The position numbers and the translations under genes are program-made. Positions 18,854 through 26,384 of a DNA stretch of 64,000 bases are shown here, piece by piece. Origin of the DNA: a virus (taxonomy: Duplodnaviria > Caudoviricetes); the IMG/VR virus record IMGVR_UViG_3300034062_006701. One strand, 5' to 3'. How positions within the stretch are numbered: the first letter of the stretch is position 1; every line of letters starts with the position of its first letter. Under the pieces are notes generated by a model. That model worked only from the letters and a program-made list of their open reading frames with translations. It did not search any database and had not been told where the DNA came from.

Positions 18854-19253
18854 ATTTAGCACCAGTTTTGATAAAGAGAGTCGCAAATCGTAGATCAATC
18901 ATCTCATGTAGCTCTTTCTTAATGTGACGTAATGTGTGGCCACGATCTGACAAATCATCAACTACAAGTACATATCTGTCTTTATATTTTTCAATAAACT
19001 TGTTCGCAGGCTTTTGTAGTTCACGGAACTCACCAGTACTCTTTCTGAGCTCATCATCATAGCTTTGTACCGTATAATTAACCACATCATCAATACCGAG
19101 TTTATAAGCTATTAAAGTACCAGGTATTAAGCCACCGCGACCGACAGCAATTACTGCCTCCGGTATCTTATCATCACTTTTAATTAACTCTACAAGCTTT
19201 TCAACCCCGTGATGTATACTAGTCCAAGAAATAAAACACGTCGATTCATCCAT
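18783..19253 (-). CDS. Type I phosphoribosyltransferase (purine/xanthine-guanine PRT-like)
   Basis: IAVGRGGLIPG, VLVVDDLSDRGHTL (PRPP loop), W.TFPWE terminus. Confidence 0.88.
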   Translation of the reverse strand: MDESTCFISWTSIHHGVEKLVELIKSDDKIPEAVIAVGRGGLIPGTLIAYKLGIDDVVNYTVQSYDDELRKSTGEFRELQKPANKFIEKYKDRYVLVVDDLSDRGHTLRHIKKELHEMIDLRFATLFIKTGAKFKPDYHVHEYPDDTWLTFPWEAV

Positions 19254-19280
19254 TTGCTAATATATTAACAGCAACCTATT

Positions 19281-19694
19281 TTACTTTCTACTTAAAACTT
19301 CCGATACTTCTTGATTTGCTTGAATATAATATCTAAGGTCCTTTAACAAAAAATGAACACCGGTGTAGTCTCCTTGACCGGTTTTTGTGCTCATTAATTC
19401 TAATATTCTACCGAGTCTATCTCTAATTGTCTTAGCGGCCACAACACCAGCCCCTCTTAAGCTAAATGTTGTATTCTCTAGATCATTTATGTTAATATTA
19501 CCCTTTAGTGTTGCGACGGGTTGTTTACTCTCTTCATTCTCTCCCAAATCCCCTAAATCATTATAGGTCGTACCCTGGGCCACAGGGCGATAATGGGTAT
19601 TAATATTACCACGCTCGGTGTGATTTGCACTCGCGTTACCAACGGATTCTTTGGTAACGTACGATTCGTAGATAGCATAAATATCCTTAACCAT
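19281..19694 (-). CDS. Late protein, MxKD-motif family
   Basis: AATAAATA upstream; begins MVKDIYAIYESY. Confidence 0.6.
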   Translation of the reverse strand: MVKDIYAIYESYVTKESVGNASANHTERGNINTHYRPVAQGTTYNDLGDLGENEESKQPVATLKGNININDLENTTFSLRGAGVVAAKTIRDRLGRILELMSTKTGQGDYTGVHFLLKDLRYYIQANQEVSEVLSRK

Positions 19695-19711
19695 ATATAC
19701 TATTTATTAAA

Positions 19712-19957
19712 ATGAACGATAGTTTGAAAGATCTTAAAGAAGCAATTACAAAAAATATCATTCGTGAATGGTACTGGTATAAGGTATGTGAGGGGTGTGA
19801 ATCGATTGTTGATGCTTCTGATGCTACATGCCCTATTTGCCGGGCTTATCGCTTTGATGGATCAAAGAAGCGTGTCATCGCTCACGCGTTTAATGTATAT
19901 GATAGATTCCAGGAGCTTATCGATAGTGATCCAGGACAATGGGAGTGTAGTGGTTGA
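19712..19957 (+). CDS. Small zinc-ribbon protein
   Basis: CEGC and CPIC pairs. Confidence 0.55.
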   Translation: MNDSLKDLKEAITKNIIREWYWYKVCEGCESIVDASDATCPICRAYRFDGSKKRVIAHAFNVYDRFQELIDSDPGQWECSG

Positions 19958-20120
19958 GATGTTCACTTAGGAAGATTACCCTCTCCATCAAGGTTTTCTT
20001 TTCTGTACCCTTTGCCTTTTTTGCTTTCGCGTAAAGATCTAATACCATGTCTGAGGTAATAAGAACTGTAGTTTTTTTAGATAGATTGACTGCAGCTGTT
20101 TTTTTGTTAGTCATGTTCAT
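19917..20120 (-). CDS. Hypothetical small protein
   Basis: 67-aa ORF with plausible composition. Confidence 0.45.
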   Translation of the reverse strand: MNMTNKKTAAVNLSKKTTVLITSDMVLDLYAKAKKAKGTEKKTLMERVIFLSEHLNHYTPIVLDHYR

Positions 20121-20167
20121 GGTTTATTTCTATAGGTATTTTATACCTCATGATTGAGCTATCAAGC

Positions 20168-20476
20168 TTACTTTTTATCCTGCTTGTATGATTTATTGAG
20201 AGTTTTAAATACTCGATGCACTGCATCAGGCCCGGCGCAGACAGAATAGATAAATTGCAGTAAGACGTGTGCTGTATGATCAGCCTTGCGTATTGTATCA
20301 ATGGGGTAGAGACCAGGTTCAAGCCTTAGCCAGTCTTTTACTGCCGGCTTTGGTGCTTCCTTTGTTGCTTCTTCATTTGACTGAGCTACTGGTAGGGTAG
20401 ATGCAACAGGTTGCACTGGTGGTTTAGGAACCGCAGTAGCATAAGCCTCAGCAATATGTCTAACATCTTTAAGCAT
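20168..20476 (-). CDS. Late protein, MxKD-motif family
   Basis: AATAAATA upstream; begins MLKDVRHIAEAY. Confidence 0.6.
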   Translation of the reverse strand: MLKDVRHIAEAYATAVPKPPVQPVASTLPVAQSNEEATKEAPKPAVKDWLRLEPGLYPIDTIRKADHTAHVLLQFIYSVCAGPDAVHRVFKTLNKSYKQDKK

Positions 20477-20491
20477 ATATTATTATTTATT

Positions 20492-20595
20492 AGGAACGTT
20501 CCTGGTTCCTTGGAACGTATACACAAAAAAGGAACGTTCCTGGTTCCTAGGAACCTAGGTTCCTTATACAATAAGGAAGGAACGATATAGGTTCG
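20492..20595. repeat. GGAAC/GTTCC palindrome and direct-repeat cluster
   Basis: aggaacgttcctggttcct(t/a)ggaac at 20492-20516 and 20530-20554; 16-bp palindrome aggaacctaggttcct at 20549-20564; about 10 GGAAC/GTTCC units in about 100 bp. Confidence 0.9.
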
Positions 20596-21030
20596 TTATA
20601 TCTTATAGGCAAATACCGCTCCATATTGGATGGTAATACCAAGGATAGGACCGCTAAAGGTAAAATTCGCCGGTAGTTCGAATGAATTTAATCCACCGAG
20701 ATTGGAGTTAGAGGCGGTGAGTCCAGAGATTCTTGTAGCAGAGAGGGTCTGGATGCTACCATAGCTATCGTAGGATGACATACCAGCGGAAAGGAAAGCA
20801 ATTCCTGATTGACCGGGTGAGCTTATATCATAGGTAAGAACGGCGTACTTAGGATACACATCAACAGAGGAAACGGCAGGAGCAGCGGAATTAGCCGGAA
20901 ACGCAGCTGATTTATCTGGATATTGAACTCTAGTGACAGAGACGGGCGGGAAAGCCGTATTATTAATTTCTACAAACTTACCATACTCAGCTGTTTGATA
21001 ATTGCGATTTACATTTGTACTAATAGCCAT
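20596..21030 (-). CDS. Hypothetical late protein (possibly virion)
   Basis: AATAAATA upstream on the minus strand; Ser/Ala-rich, 144 aa. Confidence 0.6.
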   Translation of the reverse strand: MAISTNVNRNYQTAEYGKFVEINNTAFPPVSVTRVQYPDKSAAFPANSAAPAVSSVDVYPKYAVLTYDISSPGQSGIAFLSAGMSSYDSYGSIQTLSATRISGLTASNSNLGGLNSFELPANFTFSGPILGITIQYGAVFAYKI

Positions 21031-21072
21031 ATAGTATTATTTATATATGGAGGATGTTTATTTATAATAAAC

Positions 21073-21154
21073 TGGGTAGAGAAGGACTCGAACCTTCGAA
21101 CTCCAAGGAGAGGAGATTTACAGTCTCCGGCAATTGCCACTATGCGATCTACCC
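21073..21154 (-). tRNA. tRNA-Tyr(GTA)
   Basis: Reverse complement GGGTAGA..GGAGA-CTGTAAA-TCTCC..variable arm..GAAGG-TTCGAGT-CCTTC-TCTACCC-A; CCA not encoded. Confidence 0.95.
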
Positions 21155-21226
21155 GTAAAAGAATATATTAATATAAAGAATAAAAAAAGCTACCCTTCAA
21201 CTGTAAGTCCCGGCCCGAACGGAAAA

Positions 21227-21445
21227 TTACTTTCCCTGATTATACCCGTGTTTAGGTATTTTAAGATTGGGTCTATGATTGGGCTTATCTTCTAGAGGCT
21301 TAACGTACTGGGTGGCATCTGTAGGTAGAACAGGAGATAGACTACTAGAGTCTACCTTATTGCGTGTTTCATCGCGCATTAACCTATCCTTAAATGAATT
21401 AAAGAATCTCATATTATTCAGACTCACGACAAGGAACACAATCAA
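21227..21445 (-). CDS. Hypothetical small protein
   Basis: ORF track; start uncertain. Confidence 0.35.
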   Translation of the reverse strand: MIVFLVVSLNNMRFFNSFKDRLMRDETRNKVDSSSLSPVLPTDATQYVKPLEDKPNHRPNLKIPKHGYNQGK

Positions 21446-21632
21446 CGTCTGTACTATGTAAGTACTGCTCCATATCTCGCCTTAATGCCATGAGTGTATC
21501 TGACTCTTGTGTCTCTTCCGGATCAGGCTGCATGTACCGTAAAAATTGAGATCTTCTGGTGAGGTTGTTAGTAATTAAATCACGAGAAGGTTTGTTAGGG
21601 ATCTCGTTACCTGTAAATGGCATGACTGACAT
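21414..21632 (-). CDS. Hypothetical small late protein
   Basis: TATAAATA on the minus strand just upstream (about 21638-21645). Confidence 0.5.
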   Translation of the reverse strand: MSVMPFTGNEIPNKPSRDLITNNLTRRSQFLRYMQPDPEETQESDTLMALRRDMEQYLHSTDVDCVPCRESE

Positions 21633-21669
21633 ATAGTTTATTTATAACAACCCCATATGTAAACTCTAT

Positions 21670-21875
21670 AGAAATTTTGCAAAAAAAAAATTTTGAAATC
21701 CCTGTATATAGAACCCCGGGTGGTATAGCTAAAAAAATTTTGGCATGCACCTATAGGATTCCTAACCCCCTTCCCTCCTATGTATAAATTCCCGTACCTG
21801 GGTCTATATCCCCGGGGGCAATCTAGAACCCCCTCCCTCTTTCTAGACCCCCTTCTTGTTCTCTAGAAGGGGTAC
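21670..21875. other. Non-coding tract with A/T runs and C-runs (G-runs on minus strand)
   Basis: aaattttgcaaaaaaaaaatttt, ccccggg, ccccc, repeated tctaga; no ORF of 60 aa or more. Confidence 0.6.
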
Positions 21876-21998
21876 GTGGTAGCGGAAGGTAGGTGTCATC
21901 TCCTTCAATGAAGCTTTGTAGATGATTACTAGAGCTATAATGGCCAGACATAGACTCCATATAGCCATCCAGATGTTCTCTTTAGTATGTACGTTCAT

Positions 21999-22144
21999 TT
22001 ACTTCTTCAATAGAGGCTTAAGCTTCATCATAAGAGCTGCTATCTCGGCTTCATACCAGCTATGGTTATTGTAGTCATTGTCTGTATTCTTTAGAAGCTT
22101 TAGACGTTCGATCTCCAATTGAATAGATGTAATAGTAGTCATAT
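21999..22144 (-). CDS. Hypothetical small early protein (likely start MTTITS)
   Basis: ORF track 21999..22184; internal ATG follows the upstream gene's stop. Confidence 0.45.
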
Positions 22145-22146
22145 GT

Positions 22147-22323
22147 TTATTTCTTATTCTGGAAGTAACGGATACCGTTATCAATACTCTCCTGCATAGA
22201 GTGACTCTTATCGCTTACACTCTGATCAATCATTGAAGAGAGCCAGCCGATGATGAAGTGAGGATTCTCTCCTTTATCTTCCATGAGTGTGATTAGGTTC
22301 TTGATGGTGTTCTTATTTTTCAT
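22147..22323 (-). CDS. MKNK-cassette protein; paralog of 27176..27349
   Basis: True start at 22323, with TTGTAT-17-TATACT-6-ATG; MKNKNT.K.....E.K....FIIG.L..M.D shared with the paralog. Confidence 0.65.
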   Translation of the reverse strand: MKNKNTIKNLITLMEDKGENPHFIIGWLSSMIDQSVSDKSHSMQESIDNGIRYFQNKK

Positions 22324-22360
22324 ACTATTAGTATAAAGGACTTTGAAGGAACATACAAGC

Positions 22361-22543
22361 TTAAAAGGCATCAACCTCCAATACGACATAGTCCTTACGC
22401 ATCCAATACTTAAATTCACGTAGAATTGATATATAGAAGCCATCCTCATTCTGTCCTTGGGTTGCATCATTAAACTCTGTACTATCCAAGGGGATGGTGC
22501 GTCCGGACTGCTTATTAATCATTAGGTATATCTTATTTTTCAT
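22361..22543 (-). CDS. MKNK-cassette hypothetical protein
   Basis: Own promoter TTGAAG-17-TATACT-6-ATG. Confidence 0.7.
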   Translation of the reverse strand: MKNKIYLMINKQSGRTIPLDSTEFNDATQGQNEDGFYISILREFKYWMRKDYVVLEVDAF

Positions 22544-22583
22544 ACGATCAGTATAAGGGAATTGAAAAGGAACTTCAAGCCTG

Positions 22584-22636
22584 AAAAATGGAATAGCTCC
22601 TAAAGGCGCCGACTTTCCACCTTCAGGAGCTATTCC
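22584..22636 (-). terminator. Long hairpin / terminator
   Basis: 12-bp perfect inverted repeat ggaatagctcct/aggagctattcc, extendable inward with G-U pairs; T5 tract follows on the minus strand. Confidence 0.7.
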
Positions 22637-22669
22637 GGTTATGTTTTTGTTTTGTCGGCTTTAAGGCTC

Positions 22670-22740
22670 CTCCGAGCTTGGAAAGCTCTTCGGAGTGATT
22701 CTTGCGGGGGTGGCTATCCGGTTACCTAAGCCACCCCCGC
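22670..22740. other. Two further hairpins (candidate structured RNA)
   Basis: ctccg..agct..agct..cggag at 22670-22695; 12-bp perfect gcgggggtggct/agccacccccgc at 22704-22740. Confidence 0.55.
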
Positions 22741-22752
22741 CCGTTCGTCCCC

Positions 22753-23058
22753 TTAGGCAGTCGCCAGGTCCTGGACCACCTCACCATCGATAGTGATGGT
22801 GGGCTTCTTACGATCGGCCTTCACGCGCTTCTCGATCTTGGCATTGATCTGCTTGCGCGCACCACGACCGACAAAGTTGCGGAGGAGCTTCTCGATTCCA
22901 CCAGCCTTCTCAACCTTCTTTTGAAGGTTAGATCCGAATGCCGTGTAAGACTCATGCGTCTTCGTGCACTCGATGGCTTTGGTTGGGAGGGTTCCAAACT
23001 GCTCGAAGTAATCGACCAGGTAAGGAATAACGTCGTTGAAGTAGGTGTTGTTGTTCAT
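22753..23058 (-). CDS. Hypothetical early protein; paralog of 25571..26032
   Basis: Shared C....T.FGSNLQ.KV.K.G.IE.LL..FV.R motif. Confidence 0.7.
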   Translation of the reverse strand: MNNNTYFNDVIPYLVDYFEQFGTLPTKAIECTKTHESYTAFGSNLQKKVEKAGGIEKLLRNFVGRGARKQINAKIEKRVKADRKKPTITIDGEVVQDLATA

Positions 23059-23132
23059 TGTTGTTGTGTTGTTGTTTGACTTAATTGTCTAGTATATTAT
23101 GAATCCGATTGAAGGAATGGTCAAGCTCTTTC

Positions 23133-23342
23133 TTAGGCAGTTCGAACGGCCAGGATCTTGCCTCCATGGAGCTTATGCTGGCTGAAGTTCATACCAAGGG
23201 TACGGATCTTGTTGAGGGTGGTTGCACCAAAGGCTGCCTTCATCTTGAAGGACCCACCGACTGGAGTAGTCATGAACGGATACTTGTTATCACGGAAGGT
23301 GTGCTCGGTTACAGTATAGATGGTCTTAGTGTGTTTCATATG
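23133..23342 (-). CDS. Hypothetical early protein (likely start MKHTKT)
   Basis: Promoter TTGACC..CATAAT upstream. Confidence 0.55.
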   Translation of the reverse strand, partial: HMKHTKTIYTVTEHTFRDNKYPFMTTPVGGSFKMKAAFGATTLNKIRTLGMNFSQHKLHGGKILAVRTA

Positions 23343-23384
23343 TTGGATTGTTATTATGGCTTGGTTTAAAGGAATGGTCAAGAA

Positions 23385-23570
23385 TTACTTTGATGGCGTC
23401 CAATGAACCAGGTTGACGCAATTGATCAGAGTCAGAAGAGTCATGAATTGAATCTCTGTACCGGAGACATTACCACCGGCAACCATCATACCAATCAGGT
23501 AGATAGCGTAGAGGGTGGTTGACAGTCCGATGACGAGGGTGAATAGTTCTGCGGGTTTGAATTTAATCAT
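23385..23570 (-). CDS. Small membrane protein (two transmembrane segments)
   Basis: Two hydrophobic stretches. Confidence 0.55.
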   Translation of the reverse strand: MIKFKPAELFTLVIGLSTTLYAIYLIGMMVAGGNVSGTEIQFMTLLTLINCVNLVHWTPSK

Positions 23571-23766
23571 AGGTTGTTGTTTGGGGTTTGGGGTTTACTT
23601 GACGGTGATTTCATGAAGCCTTCCCTGACGGGTCAGCTGCTCCAAATGCTTCTCATGGGTAAAGTCCATGATGGTCATCAGAAGAAAAGACTTGTTCGGA
23701 AGAATAGTATATCCAAAGCAATTGAAGATATACTCCAGAGGATTAGTAAGGAAGCGTCTCATTTGA

Positions 23767-24003
23767 TTAGGCAGGCTGAAGCATGTCCGAAGTCAGAATA
23801 GCGTTCTCAACCATCAGTCCGTAGATTGGGTCCTGGGGGTCCTGCTTCTGAATCCTCTTAAAGAGATAGAGATAAGGGTTATTGGAGGCACGCTCGGCAA
23901 TATTCAATACATCCCTTCGAACATCGAATGGGAGTGACAGGACTCCTTCAATGAAGAGGTCGTAGGCGTTCATGGCTTTCTCTAGTGGGTTCTTATTTTG
24001 CAT
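23767..24003 (-). CDS. MQNK-cassette hypothetical protein
   Basis: CATAAT-6-ATG; begins MQNKN. Confidence 0.65.
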   Translation of the reverse strand: MQNKNPLEKAMNAYDLFIEGVLSLPFDVRRDVLNIAERASNNPYLYLFKRIQKQDPQDPIYGLMVENAILTSDMLQPA

Positions 24004-24021
24004 ACGCTTATTATGGCTGGG

Positions 24022-24153
24022 TTAGATGGAACAGGCCAGTTTAAAATTCCGGCGGCTGTATTTGGTTTTGTCTCTGAAAGCTTTCTGCTTCGGAGCAAAT
24101 GGTCGACGGACTTTGATGTCCTTAATCTCGATTGTCCATTTCTTATTCTTCAT
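24022..24153 (-). CDS. 43-aa basic MKNK-cassette peptide (not in ORF track)
   Basis: MKNKKWTIEIKDIKVRRPFAPKQKAFRDKTKYSRRNFKLACSI with own promoter. Confidence 0.55.
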   Translation of the reverse strand: MKNKKWTIEIKDIKVRRPFAPKQKAFRDKTKYSRRNFKLACSI

Positions 24154-24184
24154 ACGATTATTATGGCTCCAGGATCAGGAACAT

Positions 24185-24370
24185 TCAACGTAATTCGATG
24201 CACCATACAGGCTTATCCTTCTGCTCAATATATGACTCATTCTTAGGATACAGCGGCTGTAGATATTCCACCCAGTCAAAGCTTCCATCTTCGTGATCAA
24301 AACCTACATGAATGTCTCCATGCTGTTGTTTCGCGTCTTCAAGAGCCATGATTAGTTCGCTTATTTTCAT
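24185..24370 (-). CDS. Hypothetical early protein
   Basis: MKISELI..LE.AK..HGD; promoter TTGAAT-17-CATAAT-6-ATG. Confidence 0.7.
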   Translation of the reverse strand: MKISELIMALEDAKQQHGDIHVGFDHEDGSFDWVEYLQPLYPKNESYIEQKDKPVWCIELR

Positions 24371-24409
24371 ACGATCATTATGGCTCCAGGATCAGGAACA
24401 TTCAAGAAG

Positions 24410-24484
24410 AAAGCGGTCTAGGTGATTAATGTGGCATAAGTGCCCGTCCGGAGATCTCCTCCGACACTATTCCTAGACCGCTTT
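24410..24484. ncRNA. Candidate three-way-junction structured RNA or branched terminator
   Basis: 13-bp closing stem aaagcggtctagg/cctagaccgcttt enclosing ggca-taag-tgcc and gtc(c)ggag-atctc-ctccgac hairpins. Confidence 0.45.
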
Positions 24485-24572
24485 ATAAATGTTAGTAAGT
24501 ATCTTCGGACTCTGCAAGCTTGGAGTTGTAATACTCCTGGAAGAATCCACTGTTGACCATAAATATATTAAT

Positions 24573-25268
24573 ATGAACAAGGACAGTTATAACAAACAAT
24601 ATTATGAACTCAACAAAGATAAAATCAAGCAAAGAGTCAAAGAATGGAGAAATCAAAACAAAGAACGATCAAACGACTATCTACGAAAATATAGGGAAGA
24701 AAATAAAGAAAGAATTAAACAATATCATGATATATACAATGCAACAAACAATGAAAAAAATAAAGCTGTAGCAAGCAGGTATTATGACGCAAACAGAGAG
24801 AAATGTATTGAAAGGGCGAAAACAAGATACAAAGAAAAGAAAGATATTATTAAGATTAAAGGAAGAGAACGATACGCTTTAAAGAAACGAGAATTGAATA
24901 AAAAGAATCTAGATTGGCAGAGAAAGCAATGGAAGACTAATCCAGACTATCGGTTGAGATACTTTCTTCGAGGAAGGTTATATAATGCATTAAACGTTCA
25001 GTCAGTTAAAAAGTGTATGAAGACATTTGAATTAATCGGGTGCTCAATCGATTATCTCAAAAAGCATCTTGAACTGCAGTTCACCGAAGGTATGTGCTGG
25101 GAGAATTATGGATATAGAGGATGGCATATAGATCACATTAAACCATGCAATACTTTTGACCTATCCAATACCGATCAACAAAAGCAATGCTTCCATTATA
25201 CCAATCTTCGACCATTATGGAGTAGAGATAATTTATCAAGACCGAAGGATGGAAGTGATCTATTTTGA
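24573..25268 (+). CDS. Free-standing HNH homing endonuclease (likely start MNKDSY)
   Basis: Basic helical repeats, R.RL..AL, GCS...LK.HLE.QF.EGM.WENYG..GWHIDHIKPC..FDL....Q..CFHYTNLRPLW..DN. Confidence 0.88.
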   Translation: MNKDSYNKQYYELNKDKIKQRVKEWRNQNKERSNDYLRKYREENKERIKQYHDIYNATNNEKNKAVASRYYDANREKCIERAKTRYKEKKDIIKIKGRERYALKKRELNKKNLDWQRKQWKTNPDYRLRYFLRGRLYNALNVQSVKKCMKTFELIGCSIDYLKKHLELQFTEGMCWENYGYRGWHIDHIKPCNTFDLSNTDQQKQCFHYTNLRPLWSRDNLSRPKDGSDLF

Positions 25269-25451
25269 TAATTTATGGAGATAGTAGCTAGCAAAAAATC
25301 CTTCTTCGTAGAGATAAGCCTCCAGGGCTAGAAGATCATCCTGATCGAAGGCCTTCTCGTCCTCCGGGATGGCGATGAGCTCGTTCTGATCATTGTGCCA
25401 AACTGCCCATCCGCGTCCTTTGAATTTGATATAGAGTGCTGTGTCTTTCAT
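25260..25451 (-). CDS. Hypothetical early protein (true start MKDTALY)
   Basis: The longer ORF-track start lies within the tRNA; A/C-rich leader precedes the ATG at 25451. Confidence 0.6.
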   Translation of the reverse strand: MKDTALYIKFKGRGWAVWHNDQNELIAIPEDEKAFDQDDLLALEAYLYEEGFFASYYLHKLSK

Positions 25452-25478
25452 TGTAGTTGTGTTGTGTTGTTTTTTAAG

Positions 25479-25555
25479 TGGTGGGCCGGATCGGAGTTGC
25501 ACCGATAGTCTCTACCGTTATGAGCAGTGTGTTTTAACTGTTAAACTACCAGCCC
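25479..25555 (-). tRNA. tRNA with CAT anticodon (elongator Met or Ile2), CCA encoded
   Basis: Reverse complement GGGCTGG-TA-GTTTAACAGTTAAAAC-A-CACTG-CTCATAA-CGGTA-GAGACT-ATCGG-TGCAACT-CCGAT-CCGGCCC-ACCA. Confidence 0.88.
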
Positions 25556-25570
25556 GAAAATGTTTCTATT

Positions 25571-26032
25571 TTATGCTGCCTCCTTAAGAGCGCAGTAGCA
25601 GTTGTCGAAGAACGTGCATCCATCGCACTGCTTGGCATGATCTAGATAGTAGCTGGGTGATGCGCAGATACCGCTCTTCGTCATCCCTTCGATAATGTCG
25701 GGTGCGTCCTTGAGGAAGACATCCCGGGGGATGAAAGGCTTAACCTGAGGGATGACGTAGTTCTTGATCTCCTCCTGCTTCTGCTTCTTCAATCGGGCCT
25801 TCTTCTCCTTAGGAGCTTTCTTGGGCTTGGAAGCGCTCTTACAGGACCGGCAAACAAAGCTCTCGAGAAGATTCTCAATCGATCCGAACTTCCCAACCTT
25901 ACCCTGAAGATTAGATCCGAAGCAGGTGATGAGCGTTGAGCAGCTATTGCACTCGATCTTCTTCCCGACCAGCTCTCCGGTCTTCTTGAAGCTTGCGAGA
26001 TTATCCTTATCAGTAGTCATCTTATTTTTCAT
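25571..26032 (-). CDS. MKNK-cassette protein with Cys motifs; paralog of 22753..23058
   Basis: CNSC, FGSNLQGKV, CRSC and a C-terminal Cys cluster. Confidence 0.72.
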   Translation of the reverse strand: MKNKMTTDKDNLASFKKTGELVGKKIECNSCSTLITCFGSNLQGKVGKFGSIENLLESFVCRSCKSASKPKKAPKEKKARLKKQKQEEIKNYVIPQVKPFIPRDVFLKDAPDIIEGMTKSGICASPSYYLDHAKQCDGCTFFDNCYCALKEAA

Positions 26033-26067
26033 ACGATCAGTATAAAGGATTGATTAGGAACAGGCAA

Positions 26068-26259
26068 TCAGGAAATCAGCTCAGCCATGTCCCTCATTGC
26101 TTGGTTAAAGGCCTGAACCTGCTCCTCCTCATTAGTATAAGCGTCGTATTCATCTTGAATATTCTCCCAGATGTTATCTAGGGTGCCGTTATCGGCTTCG
26201 GCGACGAAGAGGTCGATGGCTTCGATGGAGTCAAACTGTCGGGTGTTTTTATTTTTCAT
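26068..26259 (-). CDS. MKNK-cassette acidic protein
   Basis: True start 26259 after TTGAAG-17-TATACT-6. Confidence 0.65.
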   Translation of the reverse strand: MKNKNTRQFDSIEAIDLFVAEADNGTLDNIWENIQDEYDAYTNEEEQVQAFNQAMRDMAELIS

Positions 26260-26384
26260 ACGATCAGTATATTGGATTTGGATTGGAACTTCAAGTAGAA
26301 AGGAAGACAATCTGAGCTTCAGATCGACGTGGTGGTATTGATAGCGCAAACAAACTGGGTCTCCCAAGGGCTCGCGTGTCGCTC

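Noticed and set aside
20492-20595. CRISPR-like repeat
   Set aside because: Only two 25-bp copies 38 bp apart, with no 30-40-nt unique spacers and no cas genes; kept as a palindrome cluster.
21185-21245. Possible second tRNA beside tRNA-Tyr
   Set aside because: No acceptor stem or T-arm could be folded.
25440-25478. Theta/HDV-like ribozyme in a tRNA 3' trailer
   Set aside because: The trailers of both tRNAs are unstructured A/C- or A/T-rich sequence with no nested pseudoknot.
25452-25502. ORF-track 5' extension of 25260..25502
   Set aside because: It overlaps the tRNA 3' end; the real start is the ATG at 25451.
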